From positions 7,209 through 71,208 of the forward strand of contig CAIJXH010000002.1 in the NCBI GenBank assembly GCA_903824595.1: a stretch of 64,000 bases of DNA, in the 5' to 3' direction. The translations under genes and the position numbers were made by a program. The DNA is from an uncultured bacterium (GTDB lineage Bacteria > Patescibacteriota > Minisyncoccia > Phycocordibacterales > UBA2100). Under the pieces are notes generated by a model. The model did no database searches. It saw nothing but the letters and a program-made list of their open reading frames with translations, and had not been told where the DNA came from. Below are positions 1-10,383 of the stretch, piece by piece. Position 1 is the first letter of the stretch; each line of letters opens with the position of its first letter.

Positions 1-335
1 TTCTCTCTCCCGTATCTGGTGATTCACTTTCGCAAACCATACTGTCGGGCAATTTTCGATTTATTGGTGCAACACTTTTGCACGTGCTTTCGTCAGCGAT
101 CATTGGAGTCTCTCTCGGTCTCTCGTTCTACAAACATCGATACGTCCGCTATGGCTACGTGTTGTGCGGCATCGTGCTCGCCTGTATAACACATAGCGCA
201 TTCAATTATTCTATTCTGCATGTGCCAAGTGAACACATGGTGCAGGTTTTTGTTGGGGTGTGGATAGGAATTCTTGCGCTCCTCGCCATGCTAGAATATG
301 TCAAACGCGTCCGACCTGTATGCGCGTCGACGTGA
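1..335 (+). CDS. PrsW-family intramembrane metalloprotease, 3' part (truncated by window start)
   Basis: Hydrophobic ORF with RFIGATLLH and HSAFN motifs typical of the PrsW C-terminal half; frame appears open upstream of position 78. Confidence 0.7.
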   Translation, partial: LSPVSGDSLSQTILSGNFRFIGATLLHVLSSAIIGVSLGLSFYKHRYVRYGYVLCGIVLACITHSAFNYSILHVPSEHMVQVFVGVWIGILALLAMLEYVKRVRPVCAST

Positions 336-344
336 CATGATTAT

Positions 345-818
345 ATGAAAAAACCATCTTTCTTTTCTCGTCTTACTGGATCAGCCGATTCGTATGTATA
401 CGAGGACACCGATACTCACGCATCTCAAAAATCTCCGCACGGAGATCAATCACCCGTTGTCGACACCGCTAGATGGAACACAGACGGAACAGAAGAACTC
501 GCCATCGACATCTATCAAACACCCGAGGCTATTGTGCTGAAAACTTTTATAGCTGGCATCAATCCCTCCTCTCTCGACATTGCATTGACGCGTGAAATGG
601 TAACCATACGCGGCACTCGTCATGACGAAAACGAGGTCGAAGACGAACATTATTTTCAACGTGAACTCTGTTGGGGTTCATGTTCGCGCACCGTCCTTCT
701 CCCCGAGGAAGTAGATGTCGATATGGCGGAAGCTTCCGAACGTCATGGCATTCTTCACATACGTCTTCCAAAAATCAACAAGAAACGGGAAACTAAACTC
801 AAGGTGCGCAGCAAATAA
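345..818 (+). CDS. Hsp20/alpha-crystallin small heat shock protein
   Basis: IDIYQT, VTIRG, SRTVLLPEEVD, GILHIRLPK motifs. Confidence 0.92.
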   Translation: MKKPSFFSRLTGSADSYVYEDTDTHASQKSPHGDQSPVVDTARWNTDGTEELAIDIYQTPEAIVLKTFIAGINPSSLDIALTREMVTIRGTRHDENEVEDEHYFQRELCWGSCSRTVLLPEEVDVDMAEASERHGILHIRLPKINKKRETKLKVRSK

Positions 819-938
819 CGATAATGAGCGTGTCTCGCCTCTCACGGATTACAAGAAAAGATAGTTGACTAACGCGCGCAGCGTATTACTCTGTGTAAAG
901 TGACTTGCGTATAACAACACAGTCGAAGGGAGGAGCAC

Positions 939-1241
939 ATGCATCCGTCTCCAGAGCAACGCTTGACAGTCACCCGCATTCTAGAGAACGCGGAGAGATA
1001 CAGAGGGAAGGATGTAACGATACGAAGAGGGTTCTTCTCGTACAACGGGGAGCTCAGGCGAATTCAACTGGAGTCGAATAATGGCATGATAGTCTTTTCC
1101 GTAGGGCGAGGGCAAGAAAGATGCACGGACTTCGGTTTCTTGGTCGATACAATCATACCAGACACCGTGTATTGTTCTGGCATAGGATTGTATGTGAAGT
1201 TCCAATACGATTCTCGCGAAGATCACGTGAGTATCGTATAA
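939..1241 (+). CDS. hypothetical protein
   Basis: 100 aa ORF with GGAGG SD before ATG and a terminator hairpin after the stop. Confidence 0.65.
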   Translation: MHPSPEQRLTVTRILENAERYRGKDVTIRRGFFSYNGELRRIQLESNNGMIVFSVGRGQERCTDFGFLVDTIIPDTVYCSGIGLYVKFQYDSREDHVSIV

Positions 1242-1247
1242 GCACAC

Positions 1248-1276
1248 GCCCCCGACAATGTCGGGGGCTACTTTTT
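1248..1276 (+). terminator. intrinsic terminator
   Basis: CCCCGACA-A-TGTCGGGG inverted repeat followed by a T run. Confidence 0.7.
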
Positions 1277-1319
1277 CGTGCGTATCCTCTTGCAGCACAT
1301 GTCGTGAGGGAATACGTAT

Positions 1320-3932
1320 CTACTTTTTGAGTACTCTCTTCAAATAGTACCCCGTATGCGACCCCTCTATTTTTGACACCTCTTCTGGCGTACCTTTCGC
1401 CACCAAGTGTCCGCCGCCGGAGCCGCCTTCCGGTCCCATGTCGAGGATGTAATCGGCACACTTGAGAAGATCGAGATTATGTTCGATGAGGACGACGGAA
1501 TTGCCGCGATCAACGAGCTTCTGCAAAATGTCGATGAGCTTCTGTACGTCGTCGTAATGCAAACCGACTGTCGGCTCGTCGAGCAGGTAGATCGTCTTGG
1601 TGGTGAGCGGACGATACAGCTCGGATGCGATTTTCACGCGCTGCGCTTCCCCGCCGCTCAAGGTCGTCGCGCTTTGTCCGAGCTCCAAATACCCGAGTCC
1701 CACGTCGATGAGTGCCTGGAAACGATCCGTGATTGCCGGAATGTCTTCAAAAAATGCGAGCGCCTGCTCGACCGTCATCGAAAGCACATCGTGGATGTTC
1801 TTTTTCTTATACTTCACTTCGAGTGTCTCTTTCATAAAACGCTTGCCGTTGCACACATCGCACGTCACGTACACCGTGGGAAGAAAGTGCATTTCGACAG
1901 CGACGAGTCCATTGCCCTGACATGCTTCGCATCGTCCACCTTTCACATTGAACGAAAATCGCCCCGGACCCCAGCCGCGCGCCTTGGACTCCTCGCTCAT
2001 CGCAAACATGTCGCGGATGTGCGTCCATGCGCCGGTATAGGTTGCGGGATTTGATCGCGGCGTGCGACCAATCGGCGACTGATCGATGAGAATGGCGCGA
2101 GCAAGCGATTCGGTGCCAGAAAATTCCGCGCAGTGGTAGGTTTTGGCGCTTCGGTAGCGCATATCGAAACGCGCCTGTAAATTGCGATGGAGAATTTCAT
2201 AGAGGAACGTGGATTTGCCAGAGCCAGAGACGCCCGTGATACACACCATTTTTGCGAGCGGAATGTCGACATTGAGTTTCTCGATATTGAAACGATGGGC
2301 ACCGCGGATCTTGATCTTGCCGCGATCGGCGGTGCGGCGTTTGTCGGGAATCGCAATCATGGCTTCGTTGCGCAGGTACGCAAGCGTGCGCGAGCCGCTT
2401 GCATTTGTTTTTGCAGTGAGCAAATCCTCGAGCCACCCCGAAGCTATCACCGTGCCGCCGTGCGTACCCGCACCCGGTCCTATGTCGACAATGTAATCCG
2501 ACGCGAAGATCGTGTCTTCGTCGTGTTCAACGACCAAGACGGTGTTGCCCAGATCGCGCAGGCGTTTGAGCGTCTCGATGAGTTTATCGTTGTCCCTCTG
2601 ATGCAAACCGATCGTCGGTTCGTCGAGTACATAGAGCGCGCCCACCAAACCACTCCCGAGCTGCGAAGCGAGCCTAATGCGCTGCGCTTCGCCACCGCTC
2701 AAGGTGTTGGCGCGACGATCGAGCGTGAGGTATTCGATGCCTACGTCGAGCATAAATTTCAAACGGCTCGTGATTTCTTTGATGACAACGCGCGAGATCT
2801 CCTCTTCTTTCTTCGTAAGTTTGAGTTTATCGAAAAATTTCTGCGCCTCGGCGATCGAGAGCGACGTGAGCTTCACGATATTCATTCCTTGCGCCGGCTT
2901 CCCTTCTTCATGCGTCACCGCACCCACAAACACATTGAGCGCCTCTGGTCGCAAGCGCGCACCCCTGCACACCTCGCACTCTTCATCGCTAAAAAGATAC
3001 TTCACGCCGAGACCTTTGCATTCCGGGCACGCGCCGTAGGGAGAATTGAATGAAAAAAGGCGCGGCTCCACCTCGGGGAACGAGAAGCCGTCGTACGGGC
3101 ACATGAATTTTGCGGACACAATGCGGCTTTTGCCCAAGGAATCAGTGATCGTTACCAGTCCCTCCGACTCCGCAAGCGCCCGCTCGATCGCCTCGCTCGC
3201 GCGCTCGCGCGCCGCCTTGGGATCGTCTTTGAATTCCGACACAAAGATCTCGTCCACCACAATGTCGATCTTATGCTTGTCGTTTTTCTCGAGCACGATG
3301 CGTTCGCGCAGCGATTTTTCCTCGCCATCGATAATCGCTTTTTCGTAACCCTTGTTGAGCATGTCGTAAAGCATTTGATAGTACTCGCCCTTGCGCCCCA
3401 CGACGACCGGCGACGAGATGCGCACTTTCGCGCTCGATACTGCGGCGGTGAGTTTCTTATCTTTTGCAGCGCCGCCCGCGCCCTTGCTCGCCTCGGCAAC
3501 GATACCAAGCACCGTATCGAGTATTTCTTCGTTGGACAGCTTGCGCACTTCCCGTCCGCACTCCATGCAATGCGGCTTGCCCACGCGCGCGTACAAGACG
3601 CGCAGGTAATCGTAAATTTCGGTGATTGTGGCGACGGTCGAGCGAGGATTATTGCTGCGTGACTTCTGATCGATGGCAATCGCGGGAGACAATCCGCTAA
3701 TCTCGTCGACATCGGGCTTCTGCATTTGCCGCAAGAATTGCCGCGCGTATGCCGAGAGCGACTCCACGTACTTGCGCTGACCTTCGGCAAAAATCGTATC
3801 AAACGCGAGCGACGACTTCCCACTGCCAGAAAGCCCCGTAAAAACGATCATTTTGTTGCGCGGGATTTCCACGCTCACATTTTTGAGGTTGTGCGTCCGC
3901 GCGCCTTTGATGATTATCTTATCCTGTGACAT
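1320..3932 (-). CDS. uvrA: excinuclease ABC subunit A (compact form)
   Basis: GARTHNLKN, two Walker A motifs ([16 protein letters not shown]), two LSGGEAQR signatures, zinc fingers. Confidence 0.98.
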   Translation of the reverse strand: MSQDKIIIKGARTHNLKNVSVEIPRNKMIVFTGLSGSGKSSLAFDTIFAEGQRKYVESLSAYARQFLRQMQKPDVDEISGLSPAIAIDQKSRSNNPRSTVATITEIYDYLRVLYARVGKPHCMECGREVRKLSNEEILDTVLGIVAEASKGAGGAAKDKKLTAAVSSAKVRISSPVVVGRKGEYYQMLYDMLNKGYEKAIIDGEEKSLRERIVLEKNDKHKIDIVVDEIFVSEFKDDPKAARERASEAIERALAESEGLVTITDSLGKSRIVSAKFMCPYDGFSFPEVEPRLFSFNSPYGACPECKGLGVKYLFSDEECEVCRGARLRPEALNVFVGAVTHEEGKPAQGMNIVKLTSLSIAEAQKFFDKLKLTKKEEEISRVVIKEITSRLKFMLDVGIEYLTLDRRANTLSGGEAQRIRLASQLGSGLVGALYVLDEPTIGLHQRDNDKLIETLKRLRDLGNTVLVVEHDEDTIFASDYIVDIGPGAGTHGGTVIASGWLEDLLTAKTNASGSRTLAYLRNEAMIAIPDKRRTADRGKIKIRGAHRFNIEKLNVDIPLAKMVCITGVSGSGKSTFLYEILHRNLQARFDMRYRSAKTYHCAEFSGTESLARAILIDQSPIGRTPRSNPATYTGAWTHIRDMFAMSEESKARGWGPGRFSFNVKGGRCEACQGNGLVAVEMHFLPTVYVTCDVCNGKRFMKETLEVKYKKKNIHDVLSMTVEQALAFFEDIPAITDRFQALIDVGLGYLELGQSATTLSGGEAQRVKIASELYRPLTTKTIYLLDEPTVGLHYDDVQKLIDILQKLVDRGNSVVLIEHNLDLLKCADYILDMGPEGGSGGGHLVAKGTPEEVSKIEGSHTGYYLKRVLKK

Positions 3933-4024
3933 ATGACCATGCAGTTCCAACCCCTCGCGCAGGGCTAGGGGTAGGTAGCGGCACTATAGCATACGTTGCT
4001 ACGCATTCATCGGCACATCCATAG

Positions 4025-4945
4025 TCATAGCATTGCCGCTTCTTCTTTCAACACAACGCCAAACCGCATGTGAACAGCGTCTTTTATGTGTTGCGCCAAT
4101 GTCCGCACGTCATGAGCAGTCGCTGACCCGCTTTCGTTCACGAGATAATTGGGATGCTGCTCGCTTGCTTTTGCACCACCCACTCGCGCACCTTTCATTC
4201 CCACTTTTTCTATCAGCCATCCGGCAGGCACACGCCCTTCGCGCGCTCGCACCTCTTTCTCTTGTTCAAAGAGCGCGACCACCTCGGGCGGCGCGATGGG
4301 ATTCATAAAATAGGAACCGGCGGCGCGCACATGCTGCAAGTGCCGCTTTTCGCGCTCAGCGATCGTCTCCGCCGCGAGCCGTTCGCTTTCCTCTCGCGCC
4401 GTCTGCACAAGTCTGACTTGTGCAGAGGTGATGATCCACTGCGGATTGTCTTTGAAGAAACTATGGCGGTAGGAAAAATCGCATTCGCTTGCGGCAAACT
4501 CGCGCGCTTCGCCTGCCACCGAATCAATCGCCCGCGCCGACACCAAAAAATCCTTCATCTCCGATCCAAACGCGCCCGCATTCCCCCGCACCGCACCGCC
4601 AATGCTTCCCGGAATGCCTGCTAGCTTTTCCCATCCGCCAAGATTGTTCTTTGCCGCCGCGTGGATAAGCGCGAGCACATTACATCCCGCTTGTGCAGTA
4701 AGCACATCACCCTCGAATGAAAATGAGCCGCTGACGATATGAATCACCAGCCCGTCGAAACCACTATCCGACACGAGCACATTACTCCCGCCGCCAAGGA
4801 CCGTAAAAGGAAGGCGGCGGTCGCGAGCATACGCGACCGCCGCCCCCACCTCCTCCTCACTCTTCACCTCCACCACATACCGCGCCCCCCCACCGATGTG
4901 AAAGGTCGTGAGCGGCGCAAGCGGGATGTGTTCGCGAATGTCCAT
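4025..4945 (-). CDS. murB: UDP-N-acetylmuramate dehydrogenase
   Basis: TTFHIGG, GGGSNVL, GIPGSIGGAVRGNAGAFG, FSYRHSFFK, GSYFMNP. Confidence 0.96.
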   Translation of the reverse strand: MDIREHIPLAPLTTFHIGGGARYVVEVKSEEEVGAAVAYARDRRLPFTVLGGGSNVLVSDSGFDGLVIHIVSGSFSFEGDVLTAQAGCNVLALIHAAAKNNLGGWEKLAGIPGSIGGAVRGNAGAFGSEMKDFLVSARAIDSVAGEAREFAASECDFSYRHSFFKDNPQWIITSAQVRLVQTAREESERLAAETIAEREKRHLQHVRAAGSYFMNPIAPPEVVALFEQEKEVRAREGRVPAGWLIEKVGMKGARVGGAKASEQHPNYLVNESGSATAHDVRTLAQHIKDAVHMRFGVVLKEEAAML

Positions 4946-5213
4946 AGCTTATAGAAGTTTCGAAGCCTCTTTGTCATGATTCACCACCGCCTCCTCCTCA
5001 ATCCAATGCAGGATCACCATAATGCGCCAAGTATGGGCTTTTTTGAGGCATTTTCAAGCGCAACATCTTCGAAACACACCTTCGCCATATTCCTTATTTT
5101 CTACGACCGTTGGAAATAAGGACAAGGATAGAACAGAAATAAGAAAAGAGAGGAGAGTCACTTATGCGATATGGTACATTTTATTTTTTGATCCTCGTGT
5201 GTCGCGCCTGCAT

Positions 5214-7235
5214 TTACTTTTTTTGTTTCGCCTCCTCCTCCAGCACTCGTATCTCATCGCGTATCAGCGCCGCTGTTTCAAAGTCGAGGCGGTCGGCGGC
5301 GTCGTGCATCTGGCGGCGTTTTTCTTTGATGAGCTTTTTTGTGTCGGTAGTAGCGCCCGCATCCATGCGCGCCAATTCCGAGACAGCACGCGAGCGTGAG
5401 CGCTGAATGTCACCGGTGATGTCTTTGATCTTCTTGGCAATCGTCTGCGGCGTGATGCCGTGCGCCGTGTTGTATGCCGTCTGTATCGCACGGCGACGAT
5501 TGGTTTCGCCAATAGCGCGCTCCATCGAGCCGGTCATGCTGTCGGCATAGAGAAGTACGCGACCGTTGACATTGCGAGCGGCGCGGCCGATGGTCTGGAT
5601 GAGCGATGTCTCGCTGCGCAAAAATCCTTCTTTGTCGGCGTCCAAAATACCCACGAGCTCCACTTCCGGCAAGTCGAGTCCTTCACGCAGGAGGTTGACT
5701 CCCACCAGGACATCGAAAACACCTTTGCGAAAATCAGTAAGAATCTCAATGCGTTCGATGGTCTGTACATCGCTGTGCACGTAGCGCGCTTTGATGCCGC
5801 GCTCGGCGAGGAATTGCGCCAAGTCCTCCGCCATCTTTTTGGTAAGCACGGTCACCATGGAGCGAGCGCCTTTTTTCGTTACCGCTTCTGCCTCGTTGAT
5901 GAAATCTTTCACCTGCCCCGGGTAGCTTGCCAAGGACCGTCCTTGGTACGGTGAGCCGCTCACGATTGGACGCACAATAATTTCGGGATCGATGAGTCCG
6001 GTCGGGCGGATGATCTGCTCTACAGGCTTGCCACCCAGTTCCAATTCATACTTCCCCGGCGTCGCCGACGTGTAGATGGTCTGCCCCGTACGCTCGCGGA
6101 ATTCTGTGGCGGTGAGCGGGCGATTGTCGACCGCGCTCGGCAAACGAAACCCGAATTCCACGAGCGTGTCTTTGCGCGCGCGATCGCCCGCGTACATAGC
6201 GCCGATCTGCGAAATGGTCACATGCGACTCGTCGATGATGGTGAGAAAATCTTTGGGAAAATATGAGAGCAGCGTGTACGCCGGCTCGCCGGACTTTCTG
6301 CGATCAAAGTGGCGAGAGTAATTCTCGATGCCGTTGCAATAGCCGAATTCGCGAATCATGGAAATGTCTTGGCGTGTGCGGCGTTTCAATCGTTCCGCCT
6401 CGAGCAGCTTCCCTTCTTTCTCAAACTTCTTCAGCTGCGCGGCAAGCTCGGTTTCCATGTCGGCGAGCGCGGCTTCCTGCACGTCTTTTGGTGTCACGTA
6501 CTGTCGAGCCGGAAAGATGAACATCGCGTCGTGTGTGGCGCCAATCTCTCGCGTCACAGGGTCAATCTCTTCGATTTTTGTAATCTTGCCGCCCGCCACA
6601 TCAATGCGATACACCGTGCGTTCGCTCGCGGGCATCACCTCGATTTTGCTGCCGAGCGCGCGGAAAGTGCCGGGCATAAGATCGCCCGCCGTGCGTTCAA
6701 AATAAATCGCCACAAGCTTGCGTGTGAGCGCTGCTCTCGTCATCGCCTCACCTTTTGTGATTTTTAGATTTACTTTCTGATACTCGATCGGACTTCCCAA
6801 TCCGTAGATGCACGAAACGGATGCAACCACGATCACGTCACTGCGCGTAAGCAATGATTGCGTCGCCGCATGCCGCAAACGTTCGATGTCTTCGTTGATC
6901 TGCGCCTCTTTCTCGATATACGTATCGCTGGTGGGCACATATGCCTCGGGTTGGTAGTAATCGTAGTATGAGACGAAATAGTGCACGGCATTCTCGGGAA
7001 AGAATTCTCGATACTCGGACGCAAGCTGCGCGGCAAGCGTTTTGTTGTGTGCTATCACGAGCGTAGGGCGCTGCACCTGTGCGATCACGTTTGCCGCCGT
7101 AAAGGTCTTGCCCGAGCCCGTCACACCAAGGAGCGTCTGATCGCGCTCCCCCGCTTTGAGCCCGCTCACCAGCGCTGCAATAGCCGCCGGCTGATCACCC
7201 TCTGGCTGATATTCTGATCGCAATCGAAACTGCAT
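5214..7235 (-). CDS. uvrB: excinuclease ABC subunit B
   Basis: GVTGSGKTF, YFVSYYDYYQPEAY, DESH, NLLREGLDLPEV, C-terminal UVR domain; start set at MQFRL. Confidence 0.98.
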   Translation of the reverse strand: MQFRLRSEYQPEGDQPAAIAALVSGLKAGERDQTLLGVTGSGKTFTAANVIAQVQRPTLVIAHNKTLAAQLASEYREFFPENAVHYFVSYYDYYQPEAYVPTSDTYIEKEAQINEDIERLRHAATQSLLTRSDVIVVASVSCIYGLGSPIEYQKVNLKITKGEAMTRAALTRKLVAIYFERTAGDLMPGTFRALGSKIEVMPASERTVYRIDVAGGKITKIEEIDPVTREIGATHDAMFIFPARQYVTPKDVQEAALADMETELAAQLKKFEKEGKLLEAERLKRRTRQDISMIREFGYCNGIENYSRHFDRRKSGEPAYTLLSYFPKDFLTIIDESHVTISQIGAMYAGDRARKDTLVEFGFRLPSAVDNRPLTATEFRERTGQTIYTSATPGKYELELGGKPVEQIIRPTGLIDPEIIVRPIVSGSPYQGRSLASYPGQVKDFINEAEAVTKKGARSMVTVLTKKMAEDLAQFLAERGIKARYVHSDVQTIERIEILTDFRKGVFDVLVGVNLLREGLDLPEVELVGILDADKEGFLRSETSLIQTIGRAARNVNGRVLLYADSMTGSMERAIGETNRRRAIQTAYNTAHGITPQTIAKKIKDITGDIQRSRSRAVSELARMDAGATTDTKKLIKEKRRQMHDAADRLDFETAALIRDEIRVLEEEAKQKK
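5928..5948. repeat. short palindrome within uvrB (CCAAGGA-CCG-TCCTTGG)
   Basis: 7-bp perfect stem; encodes YQGRSLA in a loop between IIVRP and GQVKDF. Confidence 0.6.
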
Positions 7236-7239
7236 AGCG

Positions 7240-7743
7240 CTACTGCGCCACGAACGTCGCGCCGACGGCATCTCCGTGCGCGTTAGCGACTTGCGTATCG
7301 GAATGAAGGTCAAATTGTGCGTCTCCATCATCTTCATATACAAGTACGTGATACGTTTTGCCCGATTCCGTAGCACGCAACAGGTCGACAACTGCATCGT
7401 TCGAGATTCCCGCTTTCAATCGCAATGCACCTAACACAAATCCGCGACTATCGCGCACGGCAATCCATCTATCGTGTGACAACGATACACTCGCCACCTG
7501 CACCGAACTGCCGGCACGCTGATCAACGACGGTGATCGATTCGCCTTTTGATGTTTCTGATGGCGTAGTATCGGTATGTATTTCTTCTGATGGAGACGCC
7601 TCGGTACGCGCCACAGTCACCTCATGATTAGTAACAATATTTGAACGCACGGTATTGCGTGCAATAAGCCACCACCCACCAATAAACAAGAGTGACAACA
7701 TAATCAACGCTATCACCCTATTTGTCGTATCATTAAGATCCAT
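7240..7743 (-). CDS. membrane-anchored hypothetical protein with beta-rich extracellular domain
   Basis: N-terminal TM helix, S/T/E linker, DDGDAQFD acidic motif. Confidence 0.75.
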   Translation of the reverse strand: MDLNDTTNRVIALIMLSLLFIGGWWLIARNTVRSNIVTNHEVTVARTEASPSEEIHTDTTPSETSKGESITVVDQRAGSSVQVASVSLSHDRWIAVRDSRGFVLGALRLKAGISNDAVVDLLRATESGKTYHVLVYEDDGDAQFDLHSDTQVANAHGDAVGATFVAQ

Positions 7744-7808
7744 AGCAAAGTAGACTTATCAAAACTAATAAATAGCACCCCTCTAGTGTATGACGCGGCT
7801 TGCAAGAG

Positions 7809-8459
7809 TCAAACCCGCGCGTCAATCACACGTAACACATGCATCAAATCCGCAGTGCGTAACGCGCCCTCGCGCAGCACTCGGATTGAATGTCTCGTGC
7901 AATCAATGACGGTTGAGGGCAGGCGACTTGGCAAAACCCCAGCGTCTACCGCAAGAGAGATACCACGCGCATCCACGCCAAGCTGATCGATAATAGCATC
8001 AATACGTTGTGGACAAACCGCACCGCTCTTGTTGGCACTCGTCGCGACAATGGGTCTGTCGCAATAGCGAAGCAACGCTGTACAAAATTCATCGTCAGGA
8101 ATACGAAAACAAAACGTCGCGGCATTTCTGCATATTCCCGTCTGCATCGTATGATTGCTTTTTACCACAAACGAAACCTTGCCGCGCGGCAACAATTCGA
8201 TGAGTTTTTGGACGCGCTCGTCGATATCAGAATACCGAGCCGCCATTGCGCAATCTGTAACTATTGCCGATAGCGGTTTATCGTTCGCACGCCCTTTGAT
8301 AGAAAAAATGCGCGTTACTGCAGCATCAGAAAAAGCATCCGCACCAAGACCATACAGCGTATCTGTTGGGTAGAGCACGACACCATCGTCTTCCACCGTT
8401 GCGGCGGCGCGAAGCGCCGCCGCCTCTATTCCAACTTCTTCGATTGCAACACTATCCAT
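7809..8459 (-). CDS. tsaC: L-threonylcarbamoyladenylate synthase (Sua5/YrdC family)
   Basis: YPTDTLYGLG, KGR..KPL, TSANKSG, PSTVID. Confidence 0.95.
   Translation of the reverse strand: MDSVAIEEVGIEAAALRAAATVEDDGVVLYPTDTLYGLGADAFSDAAVTRIFSIKGRANDKPLSAIVTDCAMAARYSDIDERVQKLIELLPRGKVSFVVKSNHTMQTGICRNAATFCFRIPDDEFCTALLRYCDRPIVATSANKSGAVCPQRIDAIIDQLGVDARGISLAVDAGVLPSRLPSTVIDCTRHSIRVLREGALRTADLMHVLRVIDARV
8401..8423. repeat. perfect 10-bp hairpin with GAA/TTC triloop in tsaC
   Basis: GCGGCGGCGC-GAA-GCGCCGCCGC. Confidence 0.6.
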
Positions 8460-8465
8460 AATACG

Positions 8466-8540
8466 TGGTGCGCGGTGAGGGGATCGAACCCACGGCCCTC
8501 GTCACGTCAAGACGATGCTCTACCACTGAGCTAACCGCGC
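8466..8540 (-). tRNA. tRNA-Val(GAC)
   Basis: Cloverleaf GCGCGGT...ACCGCGC-ACCA, anticodon loop TTGACGT, CCA encoded. Confidence 0.95.
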
Positions 8541-8577
8541 TCAAACACTATACCAGAACTTGATGTGGATACAAAAA

Positions 8578-10356
8578 TCAATCCTCAATAAAGCCTCCCG
8601 CCTGATGATTCCACAACGCAGCGTATGCCCCGCCCTTTTCCAAGAGCGATGCATGGGTTCCATCTTCAACAATCAATCCATCCTCCATCACAATAATGCG
8701 ATCCATCTCTCGGAGAGTCGAGAGACGATGCGCAATCGCAACCACTGTTTTGCCCTTCATAAGCTCGTGCAATGCAGATTGAATGGCAACTTCCGATTCA
8801 CTGTCGAGAGCACTTGTCGCCTCATCGAGCAGCAGAATCGGCGCGTTTTTTAAGATCGCGCGAGCAATCGCGATACGCTGCCGTTCACCACCCGAAAGCT
8901 TGATGCCGCGTTCACCCACGAGTGTATCGTATCCATGCGGCAGTCTTTGAATGAATTCGTGCGCATATGCCATACGCGCCGCTTGCTCTATCTCTTCTTG
9001 CGTTGCGTCGAGCTTACCGTATGAAATATTTTCGCGTAGTGTCCTATGAAAAAGAATTGGCTCTTGTGGCACGTAGCCGATCGATTCTCTCAAAGAATCT
9101 TGCGTCACCCGCGCTATGTTTTGCCCGTCGATCATGATCGCACCTTCTGTCACGTCGTAGTGACGCAAAATGAGCTTCGCCAATGTACTCTTGCCCGCAC
9201 CGCTCCTGCCAATGAGACCCACTTTCTGATGCGACGACACCGTGAGAGAGAACCGCGATAGCACTCCCGCTGATCCTTCGGCATATTTGAACGAGACGTT
9301 GGAAAATGATATTTCTCCTTGCGTAATTCGTATCGCAGGAGCATTCGACACGTCGCGCACATCATGCGCGTGAGTTAGTAGTTCGACCGTCTCGCTCGCA
9401 TCAGCAAACGCATCATATACGCGACGCAATTCTCTGGTTACCCCGAGAAGATTGTCGATCACACCGAGCGCATATGTCTGAATGAGGACGAAATCCCCAA
9501 TCGACGCCCTTCCATGATTCCAAAAATACAGCGTGCTGAAAAAAAGCCCGAGCTGTATACCGATCATAAGAATACCTTGTGCCGACCAAATATATTCATC
9601 GGCATACCACGAACGTTTCGTTGCTCGCTGCCACACATCCACAAGTCCGTTGAATCGCGTCGACTCATGCGCAACGTGAGCAAAATGCATGATGGTGCTT
9701 TGATTGGAAATGGCATCCGCCATGCCGCCAACGGTCGCACTATCGGCTTCTGATCGCATCACGCGATACGGTTGTCGCCACAGCGATACCGCGATCTGAA
9801 ATATCACAAATACCACCGACCATGCGCCAAGCAACAGTCCAAGCGAACGATTGCGAAACACGAGTACCGTCACCGCACCTACAATGTACAATATCGCTGG
9901 CCCAAACGTCATGGAAAAACTGTCGAGCAATATTTCAAACGCCGACACATATTTACTGATACGACGCGTGAGTGTGCCCGCAAACTGATTACCGAAAAAA
10001 TGTGCTGAATGACGGATGAGGTATGCAAATGAATCCGCATACAGTTGACGCATGACGCATAGTTCGAGATACATGAGCGAAAACGAAAACAATCGACGCA
10101 GGCCCCACTGCACCACATACAGAAAAGCGACCATGTACAAAACCGATACGAGTATCGCCGATGTTGCCGCATTATGCGATTGATCGGCCACGAGAATGTT
10201 GAAAAAACGACTCAAGAAAATCGGTACAAAAACTGAGCAAAGCTGAACACCGATCATGGCGAGAAAAACAAGTAACAACGCCAACGGATGCTGAAAAAGA
10301 GCGTTCGCGTAGGATCGGAATATGTCTCGTATGGATACCGTGCGGCGCTTCTTCAT
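8578..10356 (-). CDS. ABC exporter, fused permease/ATPase
   Basis: N-terminal TM domain, GRSGAGKS, LSGGERQR, LLDEATSALD. Confidence 0.95.
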   Translation of the reverse strand: MKKRRTVSIRDIFRSYANALFQHPLALLLVFLAMIGVQLCSVFVPIFLSRFFNILVADQSHNAATSAILVSVLYMVAFLYVVQWGLRRLFSFSLMYLELCVMRQLYADSFAYLIRHSAHFFGNQFAGTLTRRISKYVSAFEILLDSFSMTFGPAILYIVGAVTVLVFRNRSLGLLLGAWSVVFVIFQIAVSLWRQPYRVMRSEADSATVGGMADAISNQSTIMHFAHVAHESTRFNGLVDVWQRATKRSWYADEYIWSAQGILMIGIQLGLFFSTLYFWNHGRASIGDFVLIQTYALGVIDNLLGVTRELRRVYDAFADASETVELLTHAHDVRDVSNAPAIRITQGEISFSNVSFKYAEGSAGVLSRFSLTVSSHQKVGLIGRSGAGKSTLAKLILRHYDVTEGAIMIDGQNIARVTQDSLRESIGYVPQEPILFHRTLRENISYGKLDATQEEIEQAARMAYAHEFIQRLPHGYDTLVGERGIKLSGGERQRIAIARAILKNAPILLLDEATSALDSESEVAIQSALHELMKGKTVVAIAHRLSTLREMDRIIVMEDGLIVEDGTHASLLEKGGAYAALWNHQAGGFIED

Positions 10357-10383
10357 ATTGATATACTGATGTATAAAGGTACC

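Noticed and set aside
4950-5210. Short ORFs between murB and uvrB
   Set aside because: Several weak frames on both strands with no recognisable motif; none can be supported.
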